From assembly GCF_003790525.1 (NCBI RefSeq), contig NZ_CP033635.1: 64,000 nt of DNA. One strand, given 5' to 3'. The number at the start of each line of letters is the position of its first letter. Position 1 is the stretch's first letter. The notes beneath the pieces are model-generated. The model saw nothing but the letters and a program-made list of their open reading frames with translations. It did not search any database and was not told the DNA's origin. Of the stretch, positions 37,524-50,114 are shown one piece after another. The stretch is from Escherichia coli. Its GTDB lineage: Bacteria; Pseudomonadota; Gammaproteobacteria; Enterobacterales; Enterobacteriaceae. The translations under genes were made by a program, and so were the position numbers.

Positions 37524-38780
37524 CTAAACGTTATCGTGGGGTGGCTGTTGCTTCGGACGATTGACCATCATCATCGGCTTACCTGCTAATAACAGCCATG
37601 CCGGAAGCATGACGATACAGAGCAGCGGTAGCAATGTGGTATTGGGTACAACGACTGCCGCCATAAAAAGACTTAACCAGCCATCGCGTGTTACCACCAG
37701 CACGATGCCGAGAATAGCGCAGGAAACGGTTATTGCCGCTGGAACGGCGGGAACGTGCTCATGCAGCATCAACCCTAATGCCACCCCGACAAACACTGCC
37801 GGGAATATTCGCCCACCGCGAAAGCCGCTGGCGGCAGCAACCACGAGAGCGGCAAGTTTAATCACGGCCAGCAAAAAGTAATCGCTGGTGCTGAAAGCCT
37901 GATTTGCCACCATCTGCTGCATCTCATCCAGCCCTTTAAATAGCGAAACTGGTCCAGCAATAACCCCCAGAATACCGAGAATAAATCCGCCCACTCCCAG
38001 CATTAGCACCGGATTTTTAATCTGATGCATCATCGCGTGCAACCGTGGCAGACACCATACGGCAACCATCCCTGCTGCGATGGCAATCGCCGCCACAATT
38101 GCACCGCTGAGAATATCGGTCATCTCCATCTGCCCATAATGCGCAATGGGCAGTGAAAAATGAGGATGGAAAAACAATCCGGTGGTTAGCGCACCAGCCG
38201 CCGCCGCCATTAACGGCGCAAAGAGACGATCCCATAGCGGGACTTCACTACTGCCATTTAAGGTTTGCGAAAATATCAACGCCGCCGCAACAGGTGTGCC
38301 AAACAGCGCGCCGATGGTTCCGGCAGAGGCTAAAATAGTCCACTCCATCCGATTGACGCGCGGTAACAGACGAGCACCTATCGCAACCGCAAGGGCGATA
38401 TTGACGGTCATGATCGGATGTTCCGGCCCCAGGCTGACGCCGCCAGCAAGACCGAGAATTAATGCTACGATAAGTCCTGGTAGCGCAGAGGGCGGAACCG
38501 GCGCGCCGATCAGCGGTTCACAGGCGGGGTCTGGTCCAGCATGCCCCTGGCTGAAACGGATAACCAACCCCACCGCAATACCTGTTAGCGTTAATATGGC
38601 GATGATCCAGAAAGGTGAATCCTGGGCTATCCCCAGAGTTCCCGGCAGTCGTAGCCAGAGCAAATTCTGTAATACCGAGGCGATTTTCATCACCACAATC
38701 AGAATAAGACTGGACGCAATCCCAATTGCCACGGCGGGGAGCGATAATAACAACATGGTTCTGGCTCGCGGATGGAGCAT
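37524..38780 (-). CDS. yfeO: Voltage-gated ClC-like ion channel/transporter family membrane protein
   Basis: 418-aa polytopic membrane protein with GxxxP/GGxxxGPE-type motifs. Confidence 0.9.
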   Translation of the reverse strand: MLHPRARTMLLLSLPAVAIGIASSLILIVVMKIASVLQNLLWLRLPGTLGIAQDSPFWIIAILTLTGIAVGLVIRFSQGHAGPDPACEPLIGAPVPPSALPGLIVALILGLAGGVSLGPEHPIMTVNIALAVAIGARLLPRVNRMEWTILASAGTIGALFGTPVAAALIFSQTLNGSSEVPLWDRLFAPLMAAAAGALTTGLFFHPHFSLPIAHYGQMEMTDILSGAIVAAIAIAAGMVAVWCLPRLHAMMHQIKNPVLMLGVGGFILGILGVIAGPVSLFKGLDEMQQMVANQAFSTSDYFLLAVIKLAALVVAAASGFRGGRIFPAVFVGVALGLMLHEHVPAVPAAITVSCAILGIVLVVTRDGWLSLFMAAVVVPNTTLLPLLCIVMLPAWLLLAGKPMMMVNRPKQQPPHDNV

Positions 38781-38983
38781 GTTCTATTCCTTATGCGGGG
38801 TCAGATACTTAGTTTGCCCAGCTTGCAAAAAGGCATCGCTGCAATTGGTGCTGAAACGATAAAGTAATTGTGTGACCCAGATCGATATTTACAGGGAGCC
38901 TGCCTTTCCGGCGTTGTTGTTATGCCCCCAGGTATTTACAGTGTGAGAAAGAATTATTTTGACTTTAGCGGAGCAGTTGAAGA

Positions 38984-39949
38984 ATGACAAAGTATGCATT
39001 AGTCGGTGATGTGGGCGGCACCAACGCACGTCTTGCTCTGTGTGATATTGCCAGTGGTGAAATCTCGCAGGCTAAGACCTATTCAGGGCTTGATTACCCC
39101 AGCCTCGAAGCGGTCATTCGCGTTTATCTTGAAGAACATAAGGTCGAGGTGAAAGACGGCTGTATTGCCATCGCTTGCCCAATTACCGGTGACTGGGTGG
39201 CAATGACCAACCATACCTGGGCGTTCTCAATTGCCGAAATGAAAAAGAATCTCGGTTTTAGCTATCTGGAAATTATTAACGATTTTACTGCTGTATCGAT
39301 GGCGATCCCGATGCTGAAAAAAGAGCATCTGATTCAGTTTGGTGGCGCAGAACCGGTAGAAGGTAAGCCTATTGCGGTTTACGGTGCCGGAACGGGGCTA
39401 GGGGTTGCGCATCTGGTCCATGTCGATAAGCGTTGGGTAAGCTTGCCAGGCGAAGGCGGTCACGTTGATTTTGCGCCGAATAGTGAAGAAGAGGGCATTA
39501 TCCTCGAAATACTGCGTGCAGAAATTGGTCATGTTTCGGCAGAGCGCGTGCTTTCTGGCCCTGGGCTGGTGAATTTGTATCGCGCAATTGTTAAAGCCGA
39601 CAACCGCCTGCCAGAAAATCTCAAGCCAAAAGATATTACCGAACGCGCGCTGGCTGACAGCTGCACCGATTGCCGCCGCGCGTTGTCGCTGTTTTGCGTC
39701 ATTATGGGCCGTTTTGGCGGCAATCTGGCGCTCAATCTCGGGACATTTGGCGGCGTGTTTATTGCCGGTGGTATCGTGCCGCGCTTCCTTGAGTTCTTCA
39801 AAGCCTCTGGTTTCCGTGCCGCATTTGAAGATAAAGGGCGCTTTAAAGAATATGTCCATGATATTCCGGTGTATCTCATCGTCCATGACAATCCGGGCCT
39901 TCTCGGTTCCGGCGCACATTTACGCCAGACCTTAGGCCACATTCTGTAA
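38984..39949 (+). CDS. glk: Glucokinase
   Basis: 321-aa [36 protein letters not shown]... (ROK-like ATPase). Confidence 0.97.
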   Translation: MTKYALVGDVGGTNARLALCDIASGEISQAKTYSGLDYPSLEAVIRVYLEEHKVEVKDGCIAIACPITGDWVAMTNHTWAFSIAEMKKNLGFSYLEIINDFTAVSMAIPMLKKEHLIQFGGAEPVEGKPIAVYGAGTGLGVAHLVHVDKRWVSLPGEGGHVDFAPNSEEEGIILEILRAEIGHVSAERVLSGPGLVNLYRAIVKADNRLPENLKPKDITERALADSCTDCRRALSLFCVIMGRFGGNLALNLGTFGGVFIAGGIVPRFLEFFKASGFRAAFEDKGRFKEYVHDIPVYLIVHDNPGLLGSGAHLRQTLGHIL

Positions 39950-40167
39950 ATCCTTCCTGTCAAATCGGGAGATAACTCTCCCGATAATCTTTTAAATCAT
40001 ACAGTTAATTCAATTTTTCTTTGTGTCACCTCACAAGGCCGACCTGCGTCACACTTCCGTACAGCGGGATTAATTCTCCAGTAAATGCATTATTTGTCTG
40101 GTAACGGCGATTTGTTTTGCACGTTCATAATTTCACTCGTCAACTATCACTGAACGAGGAATTAACG

Positions 40168-40494
40168 ATGAGTAAGAAACTGATTGCTTTATGTGCCTGC
40201 CCGATGGGTCTGGCTCACACCTTTATGGCAGCCCAGGCGCTGGAAGAAGCGGCGGTGGAAGCAGGCTATGAAGTGAAAATTGAAACTCAGGGCGCGGACG
40301 GCATCCAGAATCGCCTGACCGCGCAGGATATCGCCGAAGCGACCATCATCATCCACTCCGTGGCGGTTACCCCGGAAGATAACGAACGTTTCGAATCACG
40401 CGACGTTTATGAAATCACTTTGCAGGACGCAATTAAAAACGCTGCGGGCATCATCAAAGAAATCGAAGAGATGATTGCCTCTGAACAACAGTAA
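40168..40494 (+). CDS. fryB: PTS fructose-like enzyme IIB component
   Basis: 108 aa from MSKKLIALCACPMGLAHTFMAAQALEEAA... (phosphorylatable Cys in CACPMG). Confidence 0.9.
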   Translation: MSKKLIALCACPMGLAHTFMAAQALEEAAVEAGYEVKIETQGADGIQNRLTAQDIAEATIIIHSVAVTPEDNERFESRDVYEITLQDAIKNAAGIIKEIEEMIASEQQ

Positions 40495-40515
40495 TATTCG
40501 ACAGGGATAATTGTT

Positions 40516-41763
40516 ATGGCCATTAAAAAACGCAGTGCAACCGTTGTGCCTGGCGCATCCGGTGCGGCAGCGGCAGTTAAGAATCCGCAGGCCTCTAAAA
40601 CCAGCTTCTGGGGTGAACTCCCGCAGCATGTGATGTCAGGGATTTCACGCATGGTGCCGACCTTAATTATGGGCGGTGTGATCCTCGCTTTCAGCCAGCT
40701 GATTGCTTATAGCTGGCTTAAAATTCCTGCTGATATCGGCATCATGGATGCTCTTAATAGCGGGAAATTCTCCGGTTTCGACCTCTCCTTACTGAAATTT
40801 GCCTGGTTGTCGCAGTCCTTCGGCGGCGTGTTGTTTGGTTTTGCCATTCCGATGTTTGCTGCATTTGTGGCGAACTCTATCGGTGGCAAACTGGCGTTCC
40901 CGGCTGGTTTTATCGGTGGGTTGATGTCTACCCAGCCGACGCAACTGCTGAACTTCGATCCCAGCACTATGCAATGGGCGACCTCTTCGCCGGTACCGTC
41001 CACCTTCATTGGTGCCCTGATTATTTCTATCGTTGCTGGTTACCTTGTGAAGTGGATGAACCAGAAAATCCAGTTACCGGATTTCCTGTTAGCGTTCAAA
41101 ACCACATTTTTGCTACCGATTCTTTCCGCCATTTTTGTCATGCTGGCGATGTACTACGTCATCACCCCCTTTGGTGGCTGGATCAACGGCGGTATCCGTA
41201 CCGTGCTGACTGCCGCAGGTGAGAAGGGCGCGCTGATGTACGCGATGGGGATCGCCGCGGCGACAGCAATCGACCTTGGTGGCCCGATCAACAAAGCAGC
41301 TGGTTTCGTTGCCTTCAGCTTTACCACTGACCACGTATTACCGGTTACCGCGCGTTCCATCGCTATTGTTATTCCGCCGATTGGTCTGGGTCTGGCGACC
41401 ATTATCGACCGCCGTTTAACCGGCAAACGTCTGTTCAGTGCTCAGCTTTATCCGCAGGGTAAAACCGCCATGTTCCTGGCGTTTATGGGGATCAGTGAAG
41501 GTGCGATTCCGTTTGCACTGGAAAGTCCCATCACCGCCATTCCGTCCTATATGGTTGGCGCGATTGTCGGCTCAACCGCTGCAGTCTGGCTGGGCGCAGT
41601 GCAATGGTTCCCGGAGTCCGCTATCTGGGCATGGCCGCTGGTCACTAACCTCGGCGTCTATATGGCGGGGATCGCGCTGGGAGCAGTCATTACTGCGCTG
41701 ATGGTGGTGTTCCTGCGTCTGATGATGTTCCGCAAAGGCAAATTGTTAATCGATAGCCTGTAA
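40516..41763 (+). CDS. fryC: PTS fructose-like enzyme IIC component
   Basis: 415-aa polytopic membrane protein. Confidence 0.9.
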   Translation: MAIKKRSATVVPGASGAAAAVKNPQASKTSFWGELPQHVMSGISRMVPTLIMGGVILAFSQLIAYSWLKIPADIGIMDALNSGKFSGFDLSLLKFAWLSQSFGGVLFGFAIPMFAAFVANSIGGKLAFPAGFIGGLMSTQPTQLLNFDPSTMQWATSSPVPSTFIGALIISIVAGYLVKWMNQKIQLPDFLLAFKTTFLLPILSAIFVMLAMYYVITPFGGWINGGIRTVLTAAGEKGALMYAMGIAAATAIDLGGPINKAAGFVAFSFTTDHVLPVTARSIAIVIPPIGLGLATIIDRRLTGKRLFSAQLYPQGKTAMFLAFMGISEGAIPFALESPITAIPSYMVGAIVGSTAAVWLGAVQWFPESAIWAWPLVTNLGVYMAGIALGAVITALMVVFLRLMMFRKGKLLIDSL

Positions 41764-41777
41764 GAAGGACAATCCTG

Positions 41778-42863
41778 ATGACATTACTCGCTTCGCTGCG
41801 CGACTGGCTTAAGGCGCAACAACTGGATGCGGTGCTTCTCTCCTCACGGCAGAACAAACAGCCGCATCTGGGGATCTCCACCGGATCAGGCTATGTGCTG
41901 ATTAGCCGTGAAAGTGCGCACATTCTGGTGGACTCGCGCTATTACGCGGATGTAGAAGCCCGCACGCAAGGCTACCAGCTGCATTTGCTTGACGCGACGC
42001 ACACGCTTGCAACCATCGCCAGGCAAATCATTGCCGATGAGCAGTTAAAAACGCTCGGTTTTGAAGGCCAGCAGGTGAGTTGGGAAACCGCGCACCGCTG
42101 GCAGTCTGAACTCAATGCGAAACTGGTAAGCGCCACGCCGGATGTGCTGCGGCAAATCAAAACGCCAGAGGAGGTGGAGAAAATCCGCCTCGCCTGTGGG
42201 ATTGCCGATCGCGGTGCAGAGCATATTCGCCGCTTTATTCAGGCGGGAATGAGCGAGCGCGAGATAGCCGCTGAACTGGAGTGGTTTATGCGCCAGCAGG
42301 GCGCAGAAAAAGCCTCTTTCGATACCATTGTCGCCAGCGGCTGGCGTGGGGCGCTGCCGCACGGCAAAGCCAGCGACAAGATTGTTGCAGCGGGCGAGTT
42401 TGTCACTCTTGATTTTGGTGCGCTGTATCAGGGCTACTGCTCTGATATGACGCGCACCTTGCTGGTGAATGGCGAAGGGGTGAGCGCCGAATCTCACCCG
42501 CTGTTTGACGTCTATCAGATTGTTTTGCAGGCACAGCTCGCGGCAATCTCCGCGATTCGCCCCGGCGTGCGCTGCCAGCAGGTTGACGACGCCGCGCGCC
42601 GGGTGATTACCGAGGCTGGATTTGGCGACTATTTCGGTCATAACACCGGTCATGCTATCGGCATTGAAGTCCATGAAGGTCCGCGTTTTTCACCGCGGGA
42701 CACCACGACGCTACAGCCAGGCATGTTACTGACCGTGGAGCCGGGGATTTATTTGCCAGGGCAAGGGGGCGTGCGCATCGAAGATGTTGTGCTGGTCACC
42801 CCGCAAGGCGCAGAAGTGCTCTACGCCATGCCGAAAACAGTGTTGCTCACGGGAGAGGCATAA
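41778..42863 (+). CDS. ypdF: Xaa-Pro aminopeptidase (M24 family)
   Basis: 361 aa with M24 metal-binding motifs ([13 protein letters not shown]). Confidence 0.9.
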   Translation: MTLLASLRDWLKAQQLDAVLLSSRQNKQPHLGISTGSGYVLISRESAHILVDSRYYADVEARTQGYQLHLLDATHTLATIARQIIADEQLKTLGFEGQQVSWETAHRWQSELNAKLVSATPDVLRQIKTPEEVEKIRLACGIADRGAEHIRRFIQAGMSEREIAAELEWFMRQQGAEKASFDTIVASGWRGALPHGKASDKIVAAGEFVTLDFGALYQGYCSDMTRTLLVNGEGVSAESHPLFDVYQIVLQAQLAAISAIRPGVRCQQVDDAARRVITEAGFGDYFGHNTGHAIGIEVHEGPRFSPRDTTTLQPGMLLTVEPGIYLPGQGGVRIEDVVLVTPQGAEVLYAMPKTVLLTGEA

Positions 42864-43900
42864 TGGATTTATCGCTATTAAAAGCGTTGAGCGAGGCAGA
42901 TGCGATCGCCTCCTCGGAACAGGAAGTACGGCAGATCCTGCTGGAAGAAGCGGATCGCCTGCAAAAAGAAGTGCGATTTGACGGCCTGGGATCGGTGCTG
43001 ATCCGCCTCAATGAATCGACAGGTCCGAAGGTGATGATCTGTGCACATATGGATGAAGTGGGATTTATGGTGCGCAGCATCTCCCGCGAAGGGGCGATTG
43101 ATGTGCTGCCAGTTGGCAACGTGCGCATGGCTGCCCGACAGCTTCAGCCGGTGCGCATCACCACCCGTGAAGAGTGCAAAATACCTGGCCTGCTTGACGG
43201 CGACCGGCAGGGGAATGACGTCAGCACCATGCGCGTGGACATTGGCGCGCGCTCGTGTGACGAAGTGATGCAGGCGGGAATTCGTCCAGGCGATCGCGTC
43301 ACCTTCGATACCACTTTTCAGGTTCTCCCTCACCAGCGGGTGATGGGGAAAGCCTTTGATGACCGCCTCGGTTGCTACCTGCTGGTGACGTTACTACGTG
43401 AGCTGCACGACGCCGAACTGCCTGCGGAAGTATGGCTGGTGGCAAGTTCCAGCGAAGAGGTGGGATTACGCGGCGGGCAAACTGCCACCCGCGCGGTGTC
43501 GCCGGATGTCGCCATTGTGCTTGATACCGCCTGCTGGGCGAAAAACTTTGATTATGGCGCGGCTAACCATCGTCAGATTGGTAACGGGCCGATGCTGGTG
43601 TTAAGCGATAAATCGCTGATTGCGCCGCCAAAACTTACCGCGTGGATTGAAACCGTGGCGGCAGAAATTGGCGTGCCGTTACAGGCAGATATGTTCAGCA
43701 ACGGCGGCACGGACGGTGGAGCGGTGCATTTAACCGGCACTGGCGTACCCACAGTGGTGATGGGGCCAGCCACCCGCCACGGACATTGCGCGGCATCGAT
43801 TGCCGATTGTCGCGACATTTTGCAGATGCAGCAACTTTTATCTGCCCTTATTCAACGTCTTACGCGTGAGACGGTTGTTCAACTGACGGATTTCAGATGA
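42863..43900 (+). CDS. ypdE: M42-family aminopeptidase
   Basis: 345-aa ORF; start overlaps the ypdF stop. Confidence 0.9.
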   Translation: MDLSLLKALSEADAIASSEQEVRQILLEEADRLQKEVRFDGLGSVLIRLNESTGPKVMICAHMDEVGFMVRSISREGAIDVLPVGNVRMAARQLQPVRITTREECKIPGLLDGDRQGNDVSTMRVDIGARSCDEVMQAGIRPGDRVTFDTTFQVLPHQRVMGKAFDDRLGCYLLVTLLRELHDAELPAEVWLVASSSEEVGLRGGQTATRAVSPDVAIVLDTACWAKNFDYGAANHRQIGNGPMLVLSDKSLIAPPKLTAWIETVAAEIGVPLQADMFSNGGTDGGAVHLTGTGVPTVVMGPATRHGHCAASIADCRDILQMQQLLSALIQRLTRETVVQLTDFR

Positions 43901-43924
43901 TCTCCTGATTAACCCGGAGCGGTT

Positions 43925-46420
43925 ATGCTAACGATTCAATTTCTCTGTCCTCTGCCTAACGGTCTGCATGCTCGTCCGGCGTGGGAACTTAAAGAACAGT
44001 GCAGCCAGTGGCAAAGCGAAATCACCTTCATCAACCATCGCCAGAACGCAAAGGCAGATGCGAAAAGCTCGCTGGCGCTGATTGGCACCGGCACCCTATT
44101 TAATGACAGTTGCAGCCTGAACATTAGCGGCAGCGATGAAGAGCAGGCGCGGCGCGTGCTGGAAGAGTACATCCAGGTGCGCTTTATCGACAGCGACAGC
44201 GTCCAGCCAACGCAGGCAGAACTGACAGCGCATCCGCTGCCGCGTTCATTAAGCCGTCTGAACCCGGATTTACTGTACGGCAATGTGCTGGCAAGCGGCG
44301 TCGGCGTGGGTACGCTGACCCTGTTACAGAGCGACAGCCTCGACAGTTATCGGGCCATCCCGGCCAGTGCGCAAGACTCCACCCGGCTGGAGCACAGCCT
44401 GGCAACGCTTGCCGAGCAACTGAACCAGCAACTGCGCGAGCGTGACGGCGAAAGCAAAACTATCCTCAGCGCCCATTTGTCGCTGATCCAGGATGATGAA
44501 TTTGCAGGCAATATCCGTCGCCTGATGGCAGAACAGCATCAGGGGCTGGGGGCGGCGATCATCAGCAATATGGAGCAGGTTTGCGCCAAACTATCTGCTT
44601 CTGCCAGCGATTATCTGCGCGAGCGGGTCAGCGACATTCGCGATATCAGCGAACAGTTACTGCATATCACCTGGCCGGAACTGAAACCGCGCAACAATCT
44701 GGTGCTGGAAAAACCGACTATTCTGGTGGCTGAAGATTTAACCCCAAGCCAGTTTTTGAGCCTCGATTTAAAAAATCTTGCGGGCATGATTCTGGAGAAA
44801 ACCGGGCGCACCTCGCATACCCTGATCCTGGCCCGCGCTTCGGCGATCCCGGTACTGAGCGGCCTGCCGCTGGATGCGATTGCCCGTTATGCCGGGCAAC
44901 CTGCAGTGCTTGACGCCCAGTGCGGCGTGCTGGCGATTAACCCGAATGACGCGGTGAGCGGTTATTATCAGGTCGCGCAGACGCTGGCGGATAAACGCCA
45001 AAAACAACAGGCGCAGGCGGCCGCGCAGCTGGCCTATTCCCGTGATAACAAGCGTATTGATATTGCGGCGAATATCGGCACCGCTCTGGAAGCGCCAGGC
45101 GCGTTTGCCAACGGCGCGGAAGGTGTCGGGCTGTTTCGTACCGAAATGCTCTATATGGATCGCGACAGCGCGCCGGACGAGCAGGAGCAATTTGAAGCCT
45201 ACCAGCAGGTGCTACTGGCGGCGGGCGACAAGCCGATTATCTTCCGCACGATGGACATCGGCGGCGATAAAAGCATTCCTTACCTCAACATTCCCCAGGA
45301 AGAGAACCCGTTCCTCGGCTATCGCGCGGTACGTATTTACCCGGAATTTGCTGGCCTGTTCCGCACTCAACTGCGGGCGATTTTGCGTGCTGCCTGTTTC
45401 GGCAACGCCCAGTTGATGATCCCGATGGTTCACAGCCTCGATCAGATCTTATGGGTGAAGGGCGAGATCCAAAAAGCGATCGTTGAGCTTAAGCGCGATT
45501 GCCTGCGTCATGCAGAGACGATTACGCTGGGTATCATGGTGGAAGTGCCGTCGGTGTGCTACATCATCGATCACTTCTGCGATGAGGTCGATTTCTTCAG
45601 TATCGGCTCCAACGATATGACCCAGTATCTGTATGCGGTCGATCGTAATAACCCGCGCGTATCGCCGCTGTATAACCCGATTACGCCATCGTTCCTGCGC
45701 ATGTTGCAGCAGATTGTTACCACTGCGCATCAGCGGGGTAAATGGGTAGGTATTTGCGGTGAACTGGGCGGTGAAAGCCGTTATCTTCCGCTACTGCTTG
45801 GGCTGGGCCTGGACGAGCTGAGTATGAGTAGCCCGCGCATTCCGGCGGTGAAAAGCCAGCTTCGTCAACTGGATAGCGAGGCGTGTCGGGAACTGGCGCG
45901 TCAGGCATGTGAATGCCGCAGTGCGCAGGAAATTGAAGCGTTACTCACCGCCTTTACGCCGGAAGAAGACGTTCGCCCACTGCTGGCGCTGGAGAATATC
46001 TTTGTTGATCAGGCTTTTAGCAATAAAGAGCAGGCGATCCAGTTCCTGTGCGGTAACCTCGGCGTTAACGGGCGCACTGAACATCCGTTCGAGCTGGAAG
46101 AGGATGTCTGGCAGCGGGAAGAGATTGTTACCACCGGCGTTGGTTTTGGCGTAGCGATCCCGCACACCAAATCTCAGTGGATCCGTCATTCCAGTATCAG
46201 CATTGCCCGGCTGGTGAAACCGGTTGACTGGCAGTCAGAAATGGGCGAAGTCGAACTGGTGATCATGCTGACACTGGGCGCTAACGAAGGGATGAATCAT
46301 GTGAAAGTCTTCTCGCAGCTGGCGCGTAAACTGGTGAATAAAAACTTCCGCCAGTCGCTGTTCGCCGCGCAAGATGCGCAAAGCATCCTGACGCTGCTGG
46401 AAACGGAATTAACCTTCTGA
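43925..46420 (+). CDS. fryA: Multiphosphoryl transfer protein (HPr-like, enzyme I-like and EIIA-like domains fused)
   Basis: 831 aa; N-terminal HPr-like GLHARPA, central EI domain, C-terminal fructose-type EIIA. Confidence 0.92.
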   Translation: MLTIQFLCPLPNGLHARPAWELKEQCSQWQSEITFINHRQNAKADAKSSLALIGTGTLFNDSCSLNISGSDEEQARRVLEEYIQVRFIDSDSVQPTQAELTAHPLPRSLSRLNPDLLYGNVLASGVGVGTLTLLQSDSLDSYRAIPASAQDSTRLEHSLATLAEQLNQQLRERDGESKTILSAHLSLIQDDEFAGNIRRLMAEQHQGLGAAIISNMEQVCAKLSASASDYLRERVSDIRDISEQLLHITWPELKPRNNLVLEKPTILVAEDLTPSQFLSLDLKNLAGMILEKTGRTSHTLILARASAIPVLSGLPLDAIARYAGQPAVLDAQCGVLAINPNDAVSGYYQVAQTLADKRQKQQAQAAAQLAYSRDNKRIDIAANIGTALEAPGAFANGAEGVGLFRTEMLYMDRDSAPDEQEQFEAYQQVLLAAGDKPIIFRTMDIGGDKSIPYLNIPQEENPFLGYRAVRIYPEFAGLFRTQLRAILRAACFGNAQLMIPMVHSLDQILWVKGEIQKAIVELKRDCLRHAETITLGIMVEVPSVCYIIDHFCDEVDFFSIGSNDMTQYLYAVDRNNPRVSPLYNPITPSFLRMLQQIVTTAHQRGKWVGICGELGGESRYLPLLLGLGLDELSMSSPRIPAVKSQLRQLDSEACRELARQACECRSAQEIEALLTAFTPEEDVRPLLALENIFVDQAFSNKEQAIQFLCGNLGVNGRTEHPFELEEDVWQREEIVTTGVGFGVAIPHTKSQWIRHSSISIARLVKPVDWQSEMGEVELVIMLTLGANEGMNHVKVFSQLARKLVNKNFRQSLFAAQDAQSILTLLETELTF

Positions 46421-46422
46421 CG

Positions 46423-47280
46423 TTAGCCCTGAAAACGGGCGCTGTACTCTCCCGGCGTCAGGCCAAACTGACGCCGGAAAATGCGACAAAAATAGTCGCT
46501 GTCCGGAAAACCGCAACGCTGTGCCACTTCATGAATCGACAGATGATATTTCTGCAAAATCATCCTTGCCTTTGCCATTCGTACCCAGCGAACATACTCG
46601 ATAAAACGCATTGTTCCATGCTGAGCAAACAGTTTTGACAGATGATTGGGCGTGATATTAAAAAACTGAGCCACGCTCTCGCGGGTGAGCTGCTGGGCAT
46701 AATTATCCTGAACCCAGTTACAAATGCTGTGATAGAGAAAATCGCCGCGCGGCTGCGAATTGCCCGGTGGCATATTCACCACGTTGCGGCAAAGATGCAG
46801 CAAACTTAACACCAGTGGCTGAATGATATTCTGCTCCAGCGGCGAACGGCTAAGATGGGTGAGGGCGGTAAGCATCGCTTCACCTTCGCCGCGTTGCAGG
46901 CTGGGAAGCTGGATCTGGCGGGCAGGATGCAACAACGACGTGGTGCGGCTATCGTAAAACGATAACCCAAGCCAGGTCGGTGCGAACACCAGGCTTAACA
47001 GCATCACCGGTTTGTTGTTGACCGGTAAATTAGCCGCGCGTGCCGGAATAAACAGCATTTCTCCTTCCACCATACGTTGCTGCTTTGCTTCCAGCAGATT
47101 GCCGTATTCGCCGCGTAGCACGATATCCAGACGGGGAAAATCAATACATAAACTGCCCACTGGCAATGAGGCAGGCTGGCTGGCAAACCAGACGCGCCCC
47201 AGTAGTTGCGGGTTAAGCACCAGGCCGCTGAACAGATCGGCGAAAAATTGTTGATCGGCGGGCAAGCCTGGTGCTTTCAT
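46423..47280 (-). CDS. ypdC: AraC-family transcriptional regulator
   Basis: 285 aa with C-terminal AraC HTH. Confidence 0.9.
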   Translation of the reverse strand: MKAPGLPADQQFFADLFSGLVLNPQLLGRVWFASQPASLPVGSLCIDFPRLDIVLRGEYGNLLEAKQQRMVEGEMLFIPARAANLPVNNKPVMLLSLVFAPTWLGLSFYDSRTTSLLHPARQIQLPSLQRGEGEAMLTALTHLSRSPLEQNIIQPLVLSLLHLCRNVVNMPPGNSQPRGDFLYHSICNWVQDNYAQQLTRESVAQFFNITPNHLSKLFAQHGTMRFIEYVRWVRMAKARMILQKYHLSIHEVAQRCGFPDSDYFCRIFRRQFGLTPGEYSARFQG

Positions 47281-47292
47281 GAAAGTTCCCGA

Positions 47293-48026
47293 TTAAAGAT
47301 GCATTAACTGGCGGAATTCTTTAACTTTGCTGCGGCTGACCGGCACTTCAAAATCCAGATCTTTCAGCCGCAGAATGTAGGTGTTATTAAACCACGGTTC
47401 GATCTCGCGGATTTTGTTCAGATTGACACAAAATGAGCGATGGCAGCGGAAAAATGCGACGGCGGCAGCTTGCTGCAAAACTCGGTAATGTTCATCGGCA
47501 TTACGTAGGATTCACGCCGCGTATAGACAAAGGTCATTTTCTCATGCGCTTCGGCGTAATAGATATCGTTAATTGGCGTGACGATGATTCGCTCATCTTT
47601 CACCAGATTAATGGTGTCATTCTCACGCGTTACCGTCGTGGCAGGCGTACTGCTGGTCTGCTGTTGTTGCCAGGCTGCTTCCAGTTTTTGTAGCATCCCG
47701 GTAATGCGTGACTCCTGATACGGTTTGAGAATGTAGTCAAACGCCTCCAGTTCAAACGCTTCTACCGCATGTTCTTTCCATGCGGTGATAAACACAATAA
47801 ACGGTTTATGGGCGAACTGGCTGATGTTTTGCGCCAGCAACACGCCATCCAGCGACGGAATATTGATATCCAGAAAAATGGCGTCGACGCGGTTATGCTG
47901 CAAAAACTTCAACACGTCCAGACCGTCGTCAAAGGTGCCGACAATCTCCATCTGGCTGTGCTCTTTAATTAGCCAGCTCAGTTCCTGTTGTGCCAGGAAT
48001 TCGTCTTCAACAATGATGACTTTCAC
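47293..48026 (-). pseudogene. ypdB: LytTR-family response regulator YpdB, interrupted by a 1-bp frameshift in a homopolymer run
   Basis: REC domain plus most of LytTR in ORF 47418..48044 (ends ...KLPPSHFSAAIAHFVSI); the LytTR C-terminus FFRCHRSFCVNLNKIREIEPW... is in the overlapping ORF 47293..47478; frames meet at the T5 run 47450-47454 (minus strand); start may be the GTG at 48026 or the ATG at 48044. Confidence 0.8.
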
Positions 48027-48040
48027 AATATCACTCCGGC

Positions 48041-49738
48041 TCAAAGCAATAACGTAGCCTGTGAGGCGACTGGGGTGCGTTGGTTAGGAATGTAAAACGC
48101 AATTTCCGTTCCTGGTTCCAGGCGGCGGATATGCAGCCCCTCGCCATACAATAACTTCACGCGATGATGGACATTCAGCAGACCAATTTTATTGCCCGGC
48201 ATTTCGTTCGCTTCGACCCGCTCAATGACTTTTGGATCGATGCCGTGCCCGGTGTCTCGCACCGCAATGCGTACCCGATTACCGCACTCTGCAACGCTGA
48301 TGGTGACAACGCCTTTACCTTTGCAAGGCTGAATACCGTGGACAATGGCATTCTCCACCAACGGCTGGATCAGCAGGCTGGGAATGCAGCAATTCACCTC
48401 TTCATCAATATCATAGATAACCGTCAGCTTGTCGCCAAAGCGGGCCTGCTCAATGGCAATATAGTCTTTAATTTGATACAGCTCTTTTTTGATATCGATT
48501 TGCTCATCGTCTTTTAATTCAATGTTATAGCGCAGATAACGCGACAGATTAAAGATCAGCTGGCGAGCGGTATCCGGATTCAGACGGATTGACGATGAAA
48601 TAGCGTTCAGAGCGTTAAACAGAAAATGGGGATTAATTTTGCTTTGCAGCGCGCGAAGCTCTGCCTTATTTGCCATTTCACGTAACTGCTCGGCACGCGA
48701 AACCTCCAGTTGCGTGGAGATGATTTGCGACAGACCGACCGCCATTTCCTGTAATGATGACGTAATCTGATGCGCGTGGCAGTAGTAAATTTTCAGTGTT
48801 CCGGTCACAACGCCTTTCTCCCACAATGGGATCACCAGCATGGAATGAATCTCTGGTGTGCGGTGGGCTTCATCATTGTTTTTAATGATGATTTTTCCGT
48901 AATTCATCGCCTGTCGGGTAGTCGGGCTAATGAAGTCATCGCCATTCTGATAGTTGTGTTCACCCACGCCGACATAGGCCAGCACATGATCAGTATTAGT
49001 AATCGCCACCGCATCGGCGTGAATGTCATCGCGGATAATTTCGCAGACCTTGCGTAATGACTCGCTATTGACATGGCGAAACAGCGGCAGCGTTTTGTTG
49101 GCAATATCCAGCGCCAGCTTGGCCTGCCGCGCGGCGCTGGCCTCTTTTTCGCCCTCAACGCTTTGCACCAGCAGCACAATAAAGCCGATACAGACGCTAC
49201 CGAGGATCATTGGAATCCCGATTTTAGAGACGATATCGATCCCCAACGCGGTAGTTGGTGCCCAGACAATCACCAGAATCATGGTCAACGTTTCACATAA
49301 CATGCCGCCGAGAATACCGACGCGCCAGCGCTGTGCTTTAGGGATTTTCAGGTTGATCCAGCCCGATATACAACCCGCCAGAATGCTGGTGATAAAGCAG
49401 GGGATCGCCGTCACGCCGCCGATATCAATTAAATAACGGTGAATACCTGCGATCACGCCGGTAATAATGCCTACCCACGGGCCAAACAGAATTCCGCCTG
49501 ACATCACCGCGATAATACGTACGTTCACCAGCGAGCCTTCTACGGGAACGCCGGACCAGGTGCTGAACAGGGCGAACAGCGAGAAAATGGCGGTAACGGC
49601 GAGCAGCTCTTTCGGTGAGTGTGCCGACTTGTGCAACAGTTCGCGAAACAGGCGGATACGGATGAGAAAGAACAGGCAGATAAGCATTAACGCTGCCCGA
49701 TCGAAGACCGCCAGCAGCATGTTGAATATTTCGTGCAC
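48041..49738 (-). CDS. ypdA: Sensor histidine kinase of the YpdA/YpdB two-component system (5TM-LytS/GAF/HisKA)
   Basis: 565 aa with membrane N-terminus and C-terminal HATPase motifs. Confidence 0.92.
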
Positions 49739-50114
49739 GGGTGACTCTGAATAAGGATTAAACCTCTATGATAGGTAACCTGAAGGCTGATGACCAGCAG
49801 GCCGTTTTTGAGGAAAAACCACAATTTTAAAAGGGGATTGAAAGATAAATGGTGTATTAGCAATGCATCTCTTGATAATGCACATCTGGTTGGTAAATTT
49901 ATTGAAATTATAATGTTAATAAAATGAGTGGTAATTTTCTTGTTAGCGTAGATAAATTTCCTGTTTTTGAAGTGGAGTTCCTCATTTAAAACCATTGATA
50001 AAAATGTTCTAAAACGCTGGACAGACAGAAATTAATCAGGCTATTTTCAAAACAGCCACCATCGTGGCAGCGTCGCTCGGACGGTCCGGGCGCTAACGTT
50101 AATCTGAGGAAATT

